A DNA stretch of 64,000 nt from the human T2T-CHM13v2.0 reference genome, Homo sapiens: assembly GCF_009914755.1 (NCBI RefSeq), contig NC_060948.1. One strand, given 5' to 3'. Shown here piece after piece: positions 48,770-64,000 of the stretch (within the stretch, counting starts at the first letter, position 1; the number at the start of each line of letters is the position of its first letter). Both the position numbers and the translations under genes were made by a program. Below the pieces are notes generated by a model. The model was given only the letters and a program-made list of their open reading frames with translations, made no database searches and was not told where the DNA came from.

Positions 48770-49092
48770 TTCGTTTTAGGTTCAGAGGTACATGTGCAGG
48801 TTTGTTATATGGGTAAACTGCATGCCACTTGGTTTACGAATTATTTTGCCACCCAGGTAATACACATCATACCTGACACGTAGATTTCCCATCCTCATCC
48901 TCCTCCCACCCTCCATCTTCAGGCAGGCCCAGGTATCTGTTTTTCCCCCTCTCCATGTCAGCGTATAGCCAGTGTTTAGCTCCCACATATAAGTGAGAAC
49001 ATGTGGTATTTGGTGCGTGATGTGAGTCCACTTAGGGGAATGGCCTCTCCACCTCCATCCATGCTGCTGCAGAGGACATGATCTCGTTGTTT
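48770..49092 (-). mobile_element. Older L1PA/L1PB 3' end
   Basis: ttttaggttcagaggtacatgtgcaggtttgttatatgggtaaact...tttagctcccac...taagtgagaacatgtggtatttgg. Confidence 0.8.
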
Positions 49093-49376
49093 TTCCTTTA
49101 ATTAATTTTATTCATTATGATTTATACTAAGACAGGTAAAAATAACTCAAAAAAGTCTGAGTCTTTTTGCTTCTGAGTAACAGTGGTAACAGTACCAGCA
49201 ACAGTAGCAAGGATGGTAAAACCAATTCTTAGTTTCCAAGCCCGATAAGAAATGTTTCTATGGAAAGGAATCAGTGAAAACAATGTTACTGTCTTTACAC
49301 AGTAAAATATGTGCACAGACGGTAAAGGGAGCGTGGTTTTACTCAACGAAGTTATTGTAACAATCAGAGCTTCTAA

Positions 49377-49559
<183 letters not shown>

Positions 49560-49854
49560 TAAGTAGAGTCTCTGTAGAGAATCTTCATCTTACAGGCCAG
49601 CACCCCCTTCCCCCACCCATTCGTCCACTCGGCATTTCTGTAACCTTGAAAACAGTACGTGAGTGTCGCAAACACACAGTGTGGCTGCACACACATCTGC
49701 TGCCCTGCTGAGGTTGGCAATGTGAATTAGCAATTGAGCTTGTGTGAATAAGAGGCAAAAAACCCAAACTTGTGAAGGAACCACCCATGCATGCCCATTG
49801 AGATTTTTATATTGAAATATCCATATCTTCTTTAAATATACAATTAACATTCTG

Positions 49855-49964
49855 GGCTGCTCTGAAGGTAGTGAGTTATCTCAGTTGATATTCACAGTTA
49901 GCTACCAGTTGAACTCCTTACTCTGCTTTTTCTCCCCTTATCACTTCTGTGCTTGATTAGTCTT
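49855..49964 (+). pseudogene. Y RNA (RNY1-derived) retropseudogene
   Basis: GGCTGCTCTGAAGGTAGTGAGTTATCTCAGTTGAT...TCACAGTTAGCTAC...GAACTCCTT...TCACTTCTGTGCTTGATTAGTCTT aligns end to end with recalled hY1. A-rich tail follows. Diverged TSD aattaacattctg (49842-49854) / aaataaccttctg (49992-50004). Confidence 0.92.
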
Positions 49965-50149
49965 AGAAAGAATTTAAAAATTAAATACAAAAAATAACCT
50001 TCTGCACTGACGCTTCCTGAAGCAATCTGCAGGGCTCAGGAGGGCAGAGGTTGGGTCAGTGTAAATCAGCCAAATACAATTGAGTGGTTCCTGGATGAAC
50101 AGCTGGCAAGGAAGGCAAGAATGTATTCTTTCCTAAAACCCCTGACTTA

Positions 50150-51057
<908 letters not shown>

Positions 51058-52029
51058 CCTGTGTTGGGTGAGATTTGGAAGTCAGGAGAGGTGCCATCCC
51101 CCCTGCGACCACATAACAGAGGTCGGTCATTTGTTGGGACGTCAGCATGATTGAGTGTTCAAGTCTAGCATATGCCTGAGACAGCTCCACTATGACTAGA
51201 CCAGAAACGCAAAGGAAGCACGCAACACTTGGAAACCCAGGACGTGGGCGTCATCCTCGTTCCGTTGTTAGTGCTAAGTTGACTCAGTAGCGTGGCACTT
51301 TTCCAGATAGGAACCTGTAGGAAGGAGTGAGCTACGTGTCAGAGGAACTGTTGCACCGTGTGGCTCTGCACGAAAGACTCTTCTCTAGGATGAAGACGAG
51401 AGGAAGCCCAGCCAGCGAGGGCCCAGAACACTGGTTGGGGGATCCTCTGCCGCGCTTTGCCACAGCCGACACTCTGCCTCCTAGGTTCTCTATTTTCCTG
51501 TTTCCTTCTTTCTTCTGCTTGCCCCCGAGTCTCAAAGACAGACACCAGCATATCCTCTGACTGCCCTCTGTTGTTGCAAAAGCCAGATCTCTCTCACATC
51601 TCTCTGATTCCCTGCAGGGGTTAAAGACCAGAGATTTTTACTGGGAAAACTTCCCTTTCAGTTGGAAACAAAGGAGGGAAGGAAGAGAGGCATTCTCCTG
51701 CTGGGAAGGTGTGTCTAAGCCAGATCCTGGTGGTGGGGAGCACCCAGCTCTTGTTCCTGAGGGTGTGGAGCATGTGACATTCTAACATCCACCTCAGGAA
51801 ATCCAGGCAGTCGCTGACTTTGTTTGGGGAGCAGACAGGGGTCATTGCCCCCATGTGCTTATCTCTGCCGTGTTTTATGAAAAAAGTGAATCCGTTAATT
51901 CCCACACTAGCTTAGTGATCTGAATGATGTTGAACAAGCATTATCAAAGAATTCCACGATGAGAAGCAAAGGGAGGAGAGTGGAACTTTTGAAAACCTGT
52001 ATTTCATTGTCTGGCTATCCGTGTATTGT

Positions 52030-52702
52030 TTATCATCCATCCATCCACCCATATATCTTTTTATCTAAGTCTGTATACTTATCCATCCATCCACACACCC
52101 ACCCATTCATCCATCCATCCATCTATCCATCCTTCCACCCACCCACTCCTTTTCCATCTCTATCCACCCAACCATCTATCCATCCATTTGTCTGTCCACC
52201 CATCCATCCATCCATCTATCCATCCATCCATCCATCCATCTACCCACCCACCCACCCCTGTCTATCTCTATGGTCTACCTCTTATGTATGTATATACACA
52301 TCTGTTTTTCCATTTATCCTTATCTATCATCTGTCCAAGCTCTCATTTAGATATTTGTATATCCATCTCTCTGTCCATCTTTTTATCTCTATGATATTTT
52401 TATCTGTCTACCTACCTATCATCTATATATTTACCTGTCATCCGTCATTCATGTATCAGTCTATCTACTTCCTATTCATGTGTCTTTCTGTTTATCCAAC
52501 TGTTAATCATTGATCTTTCTATGTAACTGTCTACCTACTTACCTATCCATCTGTGAATCATCTCTCTACCTATTCATCTGTCTGCTTTTCTATATATCTA
52601 TCTACCTATTCATCTATCAATCATCTATCCACCTACCTACCTACCTATCCATCTATCTCTACCTGTCTGTCTGGCTATCAAACATCTATCTACCTACCTA
52701 CC
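52030..52702. repeat. (CCAT)n/(TCTA)n degenerate tract
   Basis: catccatccatcc grading into tatctatctacctacc. Confidence 0.9.
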
Positions 52703-53709
52703 CGCTGGTCTTTTGAATTTTCCTTTACTCTTTGCTGAGACATGCCTGCAAATCACATAGAATCAAACTTCTCCATGTGCACCTGAGCCCATGACGTCCT
52801 AGGCAAACCCAAAAGGTTAAAAATAACTTAGGCAGGCTGGGCGCAGTGGCTCAAGCCTGCAGTTCCAGCACTTTGGGAGGCCCTGAGGTTGGGAGTTCGA
52901 GACCAGCCTGACCAACGTGGAGAAACCCTGTTCCTACTAAAAATACAAAATTAGCTGGGCATGGTGGCACATGTTTTTAATCCCAGCTACTCAGGAGGCA
53001 GAGGCAGGAGAATTGCTTGAACCTGGGAGGTGGAGGCTGCAGTGAGCTGAGATCCCACCTCGCCATTGCACTGTAGCCTGGGCAACGAGCGAAATTCCCG
53101 TATCAAAAACAAAACAAAACAAAACAAAAAACGCATATTGATTGGCATCCACCCAGGGAAAAGCACCACATTTTCCCTCTATGATAACACCGACCACACG
53201 AGGGCAGCATTGCCTAAGGATCATTCATTGTATGCTGGGGTCTGAAGAGTGAGGTGCATGTGCCTCAAATTTTATTGGTGATTGGATAGAATAGCCTGTT
53301 ATTAGAATGCAATATACTATTAGAACATAATATTGTTACAATATAACAAAATTATTAGAATATAATTAAAACAAAATGTTAGTCTCAGGGTACGCTGAAG
53401 TTAAAATACATAAAAATAAATTTAAAAAGAAAAGAATATTACAGTCAGAACTATATTGGAATTATTATATAAAGTTATCAGAATTGTTAATGGGCTATAG
53501 TATATTAGAATATTTAAATATATTAGAATACAATAGAATGGAAAATAACCTAATTATAATATATCATTAGGCTAATTGAAAATTAATATTCCAGGTGTGG
53601 TGGCTCACACATATAGTCCCAGCACTTTGGGAGGCCGAGGCTGGCGGATCACCTGAGTTCAGGGGTTTGAGACCAGCCTGGCCAACATGGTGAAACCCCA
53701 TGTGTACTA

Positions 53710-53871
<162 letters not shown>

Positions 53872-55774
53872 TCAATAAAAAAGAATAATTAAATAAATAA
53901 ACATCTCCCAATCTAAAGCCCAGCCTGCTGTCCTGTGCATTTTATGAGACAGGGAGCTGTTGATTCAGAGTAAGCCTTTTTTTATTTTCCGTTTTCCTAA
54001 TTAGAATCTATTTCTGGGTGAATTTTTTCCCCTATTTCTCAGCAACCTTGTGTCTCTTTGCACAGGTGGGTTTTGTAAGAGTGGCAAGCCTCGCCAACCC
54101 CAACTCTCCCCAGGCATTTCTGGGCTCTCCCTCCACTCTCGCTGGCCTGAGCTCTTGCCTTGACGGAGATGCAGGATACAGCTTTCTCACAGTCTCCTGC
54201 ATCTCCTGCCTGCAGTACCTTTTCGTTGAAGCAGCTGCAGGTGTCTTGTCTATGTGTGTCCCTCTTCTCTTGAGAGCCCACATGTAGCTTCCTGGATGAC
54301 TGAAGTAGAATTGGAGGCTCGTTATCGTGAGGTTCTGAGACAGTCTGTCTGTGGGTTGTCCACCCGCCTTAGACAACAGCCTCACCCCTCCTTGTCTTCC
54401 CACTGCTTTTTAAACATGCCAGGAAGCCTGACCTGTCCCCCTGCCTATGGGTGTCCCTGGGGCTGGCCCTTTCTCTTCCACTGCACATGTTGCGAGCTCA
54501 CCTGTTACTTGCTCCCAGAGCCCTCTGGGGCTCCTCCTGTTCTCCTGGGCCATGCCCTGTCCGATCAGCCCATCTGTTTTCTTTATACTGCTTAGCAGCT
54601 CTGAAACCAACTTGATTTTGTATGTGTTGACTGCCTCTGAGAGCAATGCTCCCAAACTGCTCTCCTCACCTCCTTGAACCCGGAAACTTTTGGTGGCTGG
54701 AGGGAGGGCGCTGCTGCACACATAAGTGGAGCTGGCCTGCAGTCAGAGTCCTCCTGCTCCCTTCGCAGCCCGTGTCTGCACCTTTCCTATCGCAGCTCGA
54801 TTTGCTGGATTCCCACTCTTAGCAGGATCAAGTGAGGCTGTGCCTTCTCTGTTTTATTGCTTTAACTGATTATCTCAATCTTCCACTAAGCACAGAGAAA
54901 ACCATCTATGTGGTAAAATCTTTCATGTGATTAGGAAGGAGATCATATCATAATGCAGATTTTATTTTCACATAATGAGACATGTTTAGGTCAGATGAAA
55001 ATTGCGTGGCACGTTCTGGAACAAAATCACTCGTGCACTTTCCAAGGCCCGAGCTCAGCTCTGATTTCTCCCATCATGTTCTCTTTTCTCATCCATTTCC
55101 ATGTTTGTGTTCTCCCAGAGTGTTTAACTCAAAAGTTAGGTAAAGGCTGGACATGGTGGCTCAAATGCCTGTCATCCCAGCACTTGAGGAAGCTGAGACA
55201 CAAGGATTGCTTGAGGCCAAGAGTTCAAGACCAGTCTGGGCCACATACTGAGGCCCCATTGCTACAAAAAATAAAAATAAAACTAGCTTGGTGTGGTAGT
55301 ATGTGCCTGTAGTCCCAGCTCTGCAGTAGGCTGAGGTGGGAGGATTGTTTCAGCCCAGGAAGTCGAGGCTGCAGTGACCTGAGATTCCAGCAGTGCACGT
55401 CAGCTTGGGAGACAGAGCAAGACCCTGTGTCAGAAAAAGGAAAAATAAAATCAGCAAAAGCATCAAGAACAAAACACAGGGACACACAAGACATACAGCA
55501 GAGTGCAGGGTAAGAGAAAGCCCCCAGGGTGTCTTGTCTTAGTTATGACAGCAGTGATTCTCAAGTGGCATCCCAGAGGACTATGGGGTTCCTGAAGTGT
55601 GTTTCAGCAGATGAGTGAGATCATTTTTCCAACGACAGATCTGAATAGTGATGAATTTTCTTCATAGGAACAAACTAAGACAATACAACATAGCACAAAG
55701 GGTGCAGAAGATTTTAGAGAAGGTGGACTCTGTCTGCAATGGAGCCTCTTCCACGGGGAGCATTAGGCATTGTG

Positions 55775-56500
55775 CAGTGGGTTCTCAAACATGTTGGCCT
55801 TGGGACCCCTTCAGCACACAGCTCAAAGTTATTAACAACCCGCAGAACTTTCATTTCTGTGTGTTATAGTTGTCTACGCTGACTGCATTTGAAATTAAAG
55901 TGGGACTGAAATATAAATAAATAGAATACATAAATAATATATATGAGAAGTTAAATGATAGTCGCAGAGGTGAATATAAATAGCTTTTTTAAATGAAAAA
56001 ATAAATACGTGTAACCACACTTTGTAGAACTAAGACCATTCAGGTTGGGCATGGAAGCTCACGCCTCTAATCCCAGCACTTTAGGCGGCTGAGGCAGGAG
56101 GATCACTTGAGCCAGCAGTTGGAGGCCAGTCTGGGCAACATAGCCAGACCTCATATCTACAAACAATAAAATGAAATAAATAAACAATTAGCTGGGCATG
56201 GTGATGCATGCCTATGACCCCAGTACTTTGGGAGGCTGAGGCGGGAGGATCACTGAGGCTGGGAGGTCGAGGCTGCAGTGAGCTGTGGTCTCGTCACTGC
56301 ACTCCAGCCTGGGCGACAGAGAGACCCTGTCTCTAAAAAGAGAGAAAACATTCGTGAGGAGGTTGGTTGTATTTTCTGTGTTTTGTGAATCTCTTTAGTG
56401 TCTAGCTTTCACAAGGGCTGCTGGCCTCTCCTCCCTCTGTCTGCAGCCTGTCTGCTGTGCTGCGTGGTGTTTAGTTGAGGCATAGGAGAAAAGTTCATCA
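55775..56500. mobile_element. Charlie2-like hAT fragment split by an AluJ (about 56040-56345)
   Basis: cagtgggttctcaaac...gggacccctt...aaagttatt...gaaattaaa, continuing as aatctctttagtgtctagctt...ttagttgaggcataggagaaaa. Confidence 0.55.
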
Positions 56501-56544
56501 CTATTCAAAACTGGAGTCAGAAAAACGACCTCAGCCATCCCTAA

Positions 56545-56925
<381 letters not shown>

Positions 56926-59334
56926 TAGCTAATTTTTGTATTTTTAGTAGAGACTGGGTTTCACCATGTTGGCCAGATGTCTCGAACTCCTGACCTCAAG
57001 TGATCCACCTGCCTTGGCCAATCTTCCAAAGTGCGGAGATTACAGCCATGAGCCACTGTGCCCAGCCTAGATTTTAGTTTTTAGTCTGAAGGTATCGGGA
57101 CAGGAATCTTTGAGGAAGAAGTCAAGGTGGGATGAAATTCTAGTGACGGTTTTTTTCTTTTCTCTAAAAATCTCTGCCTTCCTTTTCTTGCAGGCATTTC
57201 CAAAGCACGTGTCTTCCAATGCCAGCCCTGGTCTTCAGAACTGGGGCAGGTAGTGTGTCAGCTGATAGTTTAGGAGGGTGTTTTTCCAGCTGAGGTCTCT
57301 GAGTAGGAGACCTCCTCTCAACACCACCTCTGCCAGGACCATCTATTTTATGGGAAGATGTAGATAGGTGGATGATTGCATTAAAATTTTATGGGCAAAT
57401 GATAGAGGTAGTATGGTACAATTGGCAAGAATTTTTTTTTTTCTTTTTTTTTTTTTTCAGACAGTCTTGCTCTGTCGCCCAGGGAGAAGTGCAGTGGTGC
57501 AGTCACAGCTTGCTGCAGCCACCACCTCCTGGCTCAAGTGATCCTCCTGCTTCTGCCTCCTGAGTAGCTGGGATGACAGGCACACACCACCATGCCTGAC
57601 TGATTTTTTAAAAATTTTTTTGTAGAGATAGGGTCTTGCTATGTTACTCAGGCTAGTTTCGAATTCCTGGGCTCAAGGAATCCACCCACCTCAGCCTCCC
57701 AAAGTGCTGGGATTACAGACATGAGCCACTGCACCCAGCAATTTTTTCTTTTGAGACAGGGTCTTGTTCTGTGTCCATACTTGAGTTCAGTGGTGCAATC
57801 ATAGCTCACTGAAGCCTCTACCTCCTGGGCTCAAGTGATCCTCCTGCCTCAGTTTCTTGGGACCACAGAAGGCTGTAGGTGGGAACACAGGCACACAGCA
57901 GCACATCCAGCTAAATTTTAAATTTTTTGTAGAGATGAGGTCTCATTGTGTTGTCAGGCTGGTCTCGAACTCCTGGGCTCAAGCAATTCTCCTGCCTTGG
58001 GCTCTCAAAGTGCTGGGATTACAGGCACGAACCACTGTGCCCAGTGTTTTTTTCTTTTGAGACAGGGTCTCACTCTGTCGCCCAGTCTGGAGTACAGTGG
58101 CACAATCATAGCTCACTGAAGCCTTGACCTCCTGGGCTCAAGGGATTCTCCTGCTTCAGCCTCCTGAGTAGCTGGGACCACAGGTGCACACCACTACATC
58201 CAGCTAGTTTTTAAATTTTTTGTAGAGACAAGGTCTTCTCTATTGTCCAGGCTGGTCTTGAACTCCTGGGCTCAAGCAGTCCTCCCGCGTTGGCCTCCCC
58301 AAATGCTGGGATGACAGGTGTGAGCCACTGTGCCTAGCCTGGGCATGAATTTTTCAGGCAAAAATCTTGAGCTTGCATTCATGCTGATTAGCAGATAGTC
58401 CTTGCAAGTGTAGCTGTCACCACAGATCAGTTTAACTTGCTTAATAATGCCAAATGCCGTATAATGAGAATTTATTCTCCGCTTGGTAAGAATTGGAAGC
58501 AGTCTGTATGTTTAGAGACAGAAATTTGAGGGTTTCAGAGGGCACTGCCCAGGCGTCCGGGGGAGTGCTGTTTCTCAGACACACACACACACTGTCTCTG
58601 CTCTTTCTTTCAGGCAAGATCATCAGTTAGTGCTCACTTATTATTTATTTTTTTCCGCTTATTAATACCTTTCCCATAATCTTATGTAATGTCTACTGTC
58701 CAAGAGCACTTCGTTTAATATTCTCCATAGATGTTTTTAGGTATGTATGAGACATTTGCTCCTGGAGTTTAATGCTCCATTCCTGTATTTGTGCATTATT
58801 CACACAGCTGAATGTATTGACACAGGGTCGCCCCCCAAACCCAGAGAGAAACAGGAATGCGACTCCCCTAACTACTGTTAGAACGCTGCGGGCAGGTGAG
58901 GGAGGATGGGCTCGGGAGGTTGTTAACGTCTGAGGCAGCAGGGTTGGCGCAGATCGCATGAGTGTCTGTACTCAGAGCTCTGCTTCCCAGCCTGGCCTAG
59001 GTGGTTTTTCAGTACGTTGTGGTGGCTCGTAACTCCAGGACCAGCGGCCCAAAGAGATACCCTATTGGGAAACTCACCTTCATGCTAAAGTGCAAGACGA
59101 GCAACTGAAATGTTATTTAAGACGGAAGAAATGCTATGTTAGGGCCACGTCACACATACCTAATCATTTACCTTTCTCTGGTAACTTTCATTTCCTCATG
59201 TAACCCTCCCCCACTTCTCTGTCACCTCTCCCATTGATTTCCATTTTTGTACTTCATATTTCTCCTCTTTGTTTTTCTTTGAATTTTTCTTCACTGCAGT
59301 GTATTGGACAGTTCACATGTGTAGTTCGACGTAT

Positions 59335-59765
59335 GAATGTCCTGACGCTGCAGTTAGAAACTATCACAGACTGGAAGGTTTAAACAAGAGAACTTTATCC
59401 TCTCTTAGTCCTGGAGACCAGAAATTTGAGATCAAAGTATCTCAGGACTGTGCTCCAAGGAAGGATCCTTTCTGCCTCTGCCAGCTCCTGGGGCTCCAGG
59501 CATCCCTGGACTTGTGGCCGCATCACTACAGTCTCTGCCTCTGTCCCCATGTGGCCTTCTCCTCTGTGTGTGTGCCTCCTCTTCAGTCCCTTATGACAAT
59601 ACTTGTCATTGGATTTGGACCTACCCTATTCCAGGATGATTTCGTCTGAAGCTCCTCAAGTTAATTCTATCTGCAAAGACCCTATTTCCCAATAAGGTCC
59701 CATTCATAGGTTGTTGGGGCAGGATCACAGATATATCTTTTTGGAGACCTCTCATTCCACCCACT
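59335..59765 (-). mobile_element. MLT1C-derived (STIR-like) unit
   Basis: acagactggaaggtttaaacaa...cctggagaccagaa...ccagctcctggggctccaggcatccctggacttgtggccgcatcact...tctgcaaagaccctatttcc. Confidence 0.8.
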
Positions 59766-60050
59766 CCATTGAATTTCATTAAGGTCAGGAAGTGATTTGG
59801 AAGCTACAAGAGAATTAATTTTGCTCTCTGGCATTTCTGATCATCAATGAGGGTATCATTTGAAAGCTCCATTTTATAAGGTATTTCTATTGCTTGAATA
59901 CCTGGATTAGAGTATTTAAGTCAAAAGAAGCTAAATAGAAAGCATAACTTTGAATCAGTATGAGTCTCTGTCCTGGGCGATATCAGAAAATCTCAGAAGT
60001 ATAACTTGTGCTTCGGACATGTAGGGATCTAGTATACACTTACTGGTTGA

Positions 60051-60430
60051 TGATATGGTTTGGCTTCGTGTCCCTACCCAAATCTCATGTTTAAAAGTAA
60101 TCCCCAGTGTTGGAGGCGGGACCTGGTGAGAGGTGGTTGGATCATGGGAGTGGTTTCCGACATTTTAGCAACATTGCCCTAGTATTGTTTCATGATAGAG
60201 TTCTCAGGAGATCTGATGGTTTTAAAGTGTAGTACTTCCTCCTTTGCTTGCTGTTGCTCATCTGCCGCCATGTAAATATGGCCTTGCTTCTCCTTTGCCT
60301 TCAGCCATGATTGTAAGTTTCCTGAGGCCTCCCCAGCCATGCGAAACTGTGAGTCAGTTAAATCTTTTTTCTTTATAAATTACACAGTCTCAGGTAGTTC
60401 GTCGTAGGAGACTGAAAATGGACTAATACA
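60051..60430 (+). mobile_element. MSTA/THE1D-type (MaLR) solo LTR
   Basis: tgatatggtttggct...cccaaatctcatg...ccatgattgtaagtttcctgaggcctccccagccatg...aatggactaataca. 5-bp TSD GTTGA at 60046-60050 and 60431-60435. Confidence 0.9.
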
Positions 60431-61513
60431 GTTGACTTCTAGATTTTCTTGGATTTAGCTTGGTCTTTGCAGTTTTAAGTATTTTTTTTAGTTTATTTAA
60501 CATATTTTTAAAATTTCAAGGTATTACTAAGTCTGCTGGTTTCTTCAGCAGGACTACAGTAGTTTTACTACAGTCGACAGAGCGTAGTATGACAATCTTG
60601 TTTTTACACAGGTACCACTATCTTCCAGGCTGTCTTTTGTATTTCCATCTTTCTTCTGGTCTCTGGGGATCAGTAAATGGTTTTCTTTGGGTAATGAGAT
60701 TTGGTCAGCTTTGCAGACCACCCAGTCTCAGTTACAAGTATAGACTCTGCTCCTGCACATTAAAAGTGGTCATATAGTGAGACCACATCCCAACAGAAAG
60801 TAAAAAATTAGCCAGGCATGGTGGCACACACCTGTGGTCTCTGCTACATGGGAGTTTGAGGTGGGAGGATGGCCTCCTGGGGGAGGTCAAGGCTACAGTG
60901 AGCTATGATTGCACCACCGCACTCCAGCCTGGGTGACAGAGTCAAACCCTGTCGCAAAAAAAAGAAATTTTTGATAAAGTATAACTGGAGGCTCTTTCAT
61001 TCGGCCTATACACATTGTGTGCCACCTACTGTTCTGTGAATGAGGAATATAAAGAAATTCACTGATGGGTGTGGTGGCTCACATCTTGTAGTCCTAGTAT
61101 TTGGGAAGGTTGAAGTGGGAAGACTGCACAAGCCCAAGAGTTTGAGACCAGCCTGGGCAACATAGTGAGATCTCATCTTTACCAAAAATTAAAAACAAAC
61201 AAACAAACAAAAAACAGCCTGGCATGGTGGTGTGAACCTGTAAACCCAGCTGCTCAGGAGGCTGAGGTAGGAGCATAGCTTGAGCCCTGTAGGTCAAGGT
61301 TCAGTGCAGTGAGCCAGGATCACGCTGCAGTACTCCAGCCTGGGGGCAACAGAGCAAGACCTTGTCTCAAAAAAAAAGGACTTCACTGACGTTCAGTTGC
61401 AGTTTATTGTGGGTGCCTTATAGTGCTGTGCAAGCAGGGTCAGTACTGGGCTCTCCAAGGCAGGACATATCGGCTATTGCTTGTGCTGTAGACTGAAGGA
61501 AGCCTCGAGAAAG

Positions 61514-61843
61514 GTGTCCTGTTCTTGGCCATAGTGGCGTATTCACCACTATAAACTTTACTTTAACAATTACTTTATATTTGATTTCATTTCTATTTAT
61601 TTATTTATTTACTCCGTCTCACTCTGTCACCCAGGCTGGAGTGCAGTGGTGCAATTTCATCTCACTGCAACCTCTGCAAGTGTCCTGTTCTTGGCCATAG
61701 TGGCGTATTCACCACTATAAACTTTACTTTAACAATTACTTTATATTTGATTTCATTTCTATTTATTTATTTATTTACTCCGTCTCACTCTGTCACCCAG
61801 GCTGGAGTGCAGTGGTACAATCTCAGCTCGCTGAAACCTCTGC
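61514..61843. repeat. 166-bp tandem duplication
   Basis: 61514-61650 is identical to 61680-61816. The next 27 nt differ at 5 positions. Confidence 0.95.
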
Positions 61844-62054
61844 CTCCCAGGTACAAGTGATTTTCCTGCCTCAGCCTCCCAAGTAGCTGAGATTACAAGC
61901 ACCCACAACCATGCCCAGCTGATTTTTGTATTTTTAGTAGAGACAGCTTTCACTGTGTTGGCCAAGATGGTCTTGAACTCCTTACCTCAAGTGACCTGCT
62001 TGCCTTGGTCTCTCAGAGTGCTGGGATTATAGGCATGAGCGACAGTGCCTGGCC

Positions 62055-62180
62055 TGTATTGTATTGTACTGTACTGTACTCTACTGTACTGTACTGCACT
62101 GCACTGCACTGCATTGCACTGCATTGTATTATTTGACTTGTTTAAAATACTTTATTTTATTTTGTTTTGTATTGTATTGT
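62055..62180. repeat. Compound pentanucleotide repeat in an Alu tail
   Basis: (TATTG)(TACTG)n(CACTG)n(CATTG)(TATTG)... Confidence 0.85.
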
Positions 62181-62384
62181 AGACAAGGTCTCACTCTTAT
62201 CACCCAGGCTGGAGTGTGGTGGTGTGATCACAGCTCACTGCAGCCTTGACCTCCTGTGCTCAGGTGATCCTCCCACCTAAGCCTTCCAAGTGGCTGGGAC
62301 CACACATGTATACCACCACACCCAGCTAATTTTTTTTTTTTTTAAGACTGGGTTGTGCCCTATTTCCCAAGCTTATTTTATTTT

Positions 62385-64000
<1,616 letters not shown>

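Noticed and set aside
51959-52513. 184-aa His/Pro/Ser/Ile-rich ORF (also 32874..33359)
   Set aside because: Translation of (CCAT)n or of the 24-bp array.

Overview
Primate (human-like) intronic DNA, dense in Alu, L1, MaLR and DNA-transposon relics. It lies entirely inside a + strand PKA-family kinase gene that I identify as PRKY (Yp11.2), the Y gametolog of PRKX. Three internal exons with canonical AG/GT boundaries are present: 12260-12428, 34230-34493 and 49439-49558; the reading frame of the last is not in the supplied ORF track. They splice in frame across kinase subdomains I-IX and carry residues I recall as PRKY rather than PRKX (IRRKQ, WHEER, RGHF). The first exon and the exons after LSG are outside the window. 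Other content: a tailless 7SK retrocopy, a Y1 RNA retrocopy, a young 5'-truncated L1PA with TSDs, THE1 and MST solo LTRs with 5-bp TSDs, a MER41 LTR with an intact GAS motif, an array of four MER20+GATA units, STIR-like MLT1 repeats, a 58-bp minisatellite fused to the exon 3 acceptor, and several local duplications and templated insertions. I find no evidence of a wholly new gene system. The most testable ideas are regulatory or structural: stop-free circular exons, a MER41 GAS enhancer, and a repeat-built splice acceptor. Repeat subfamily names come from recalled consensus sequences, and Alu boundaries are approximate.
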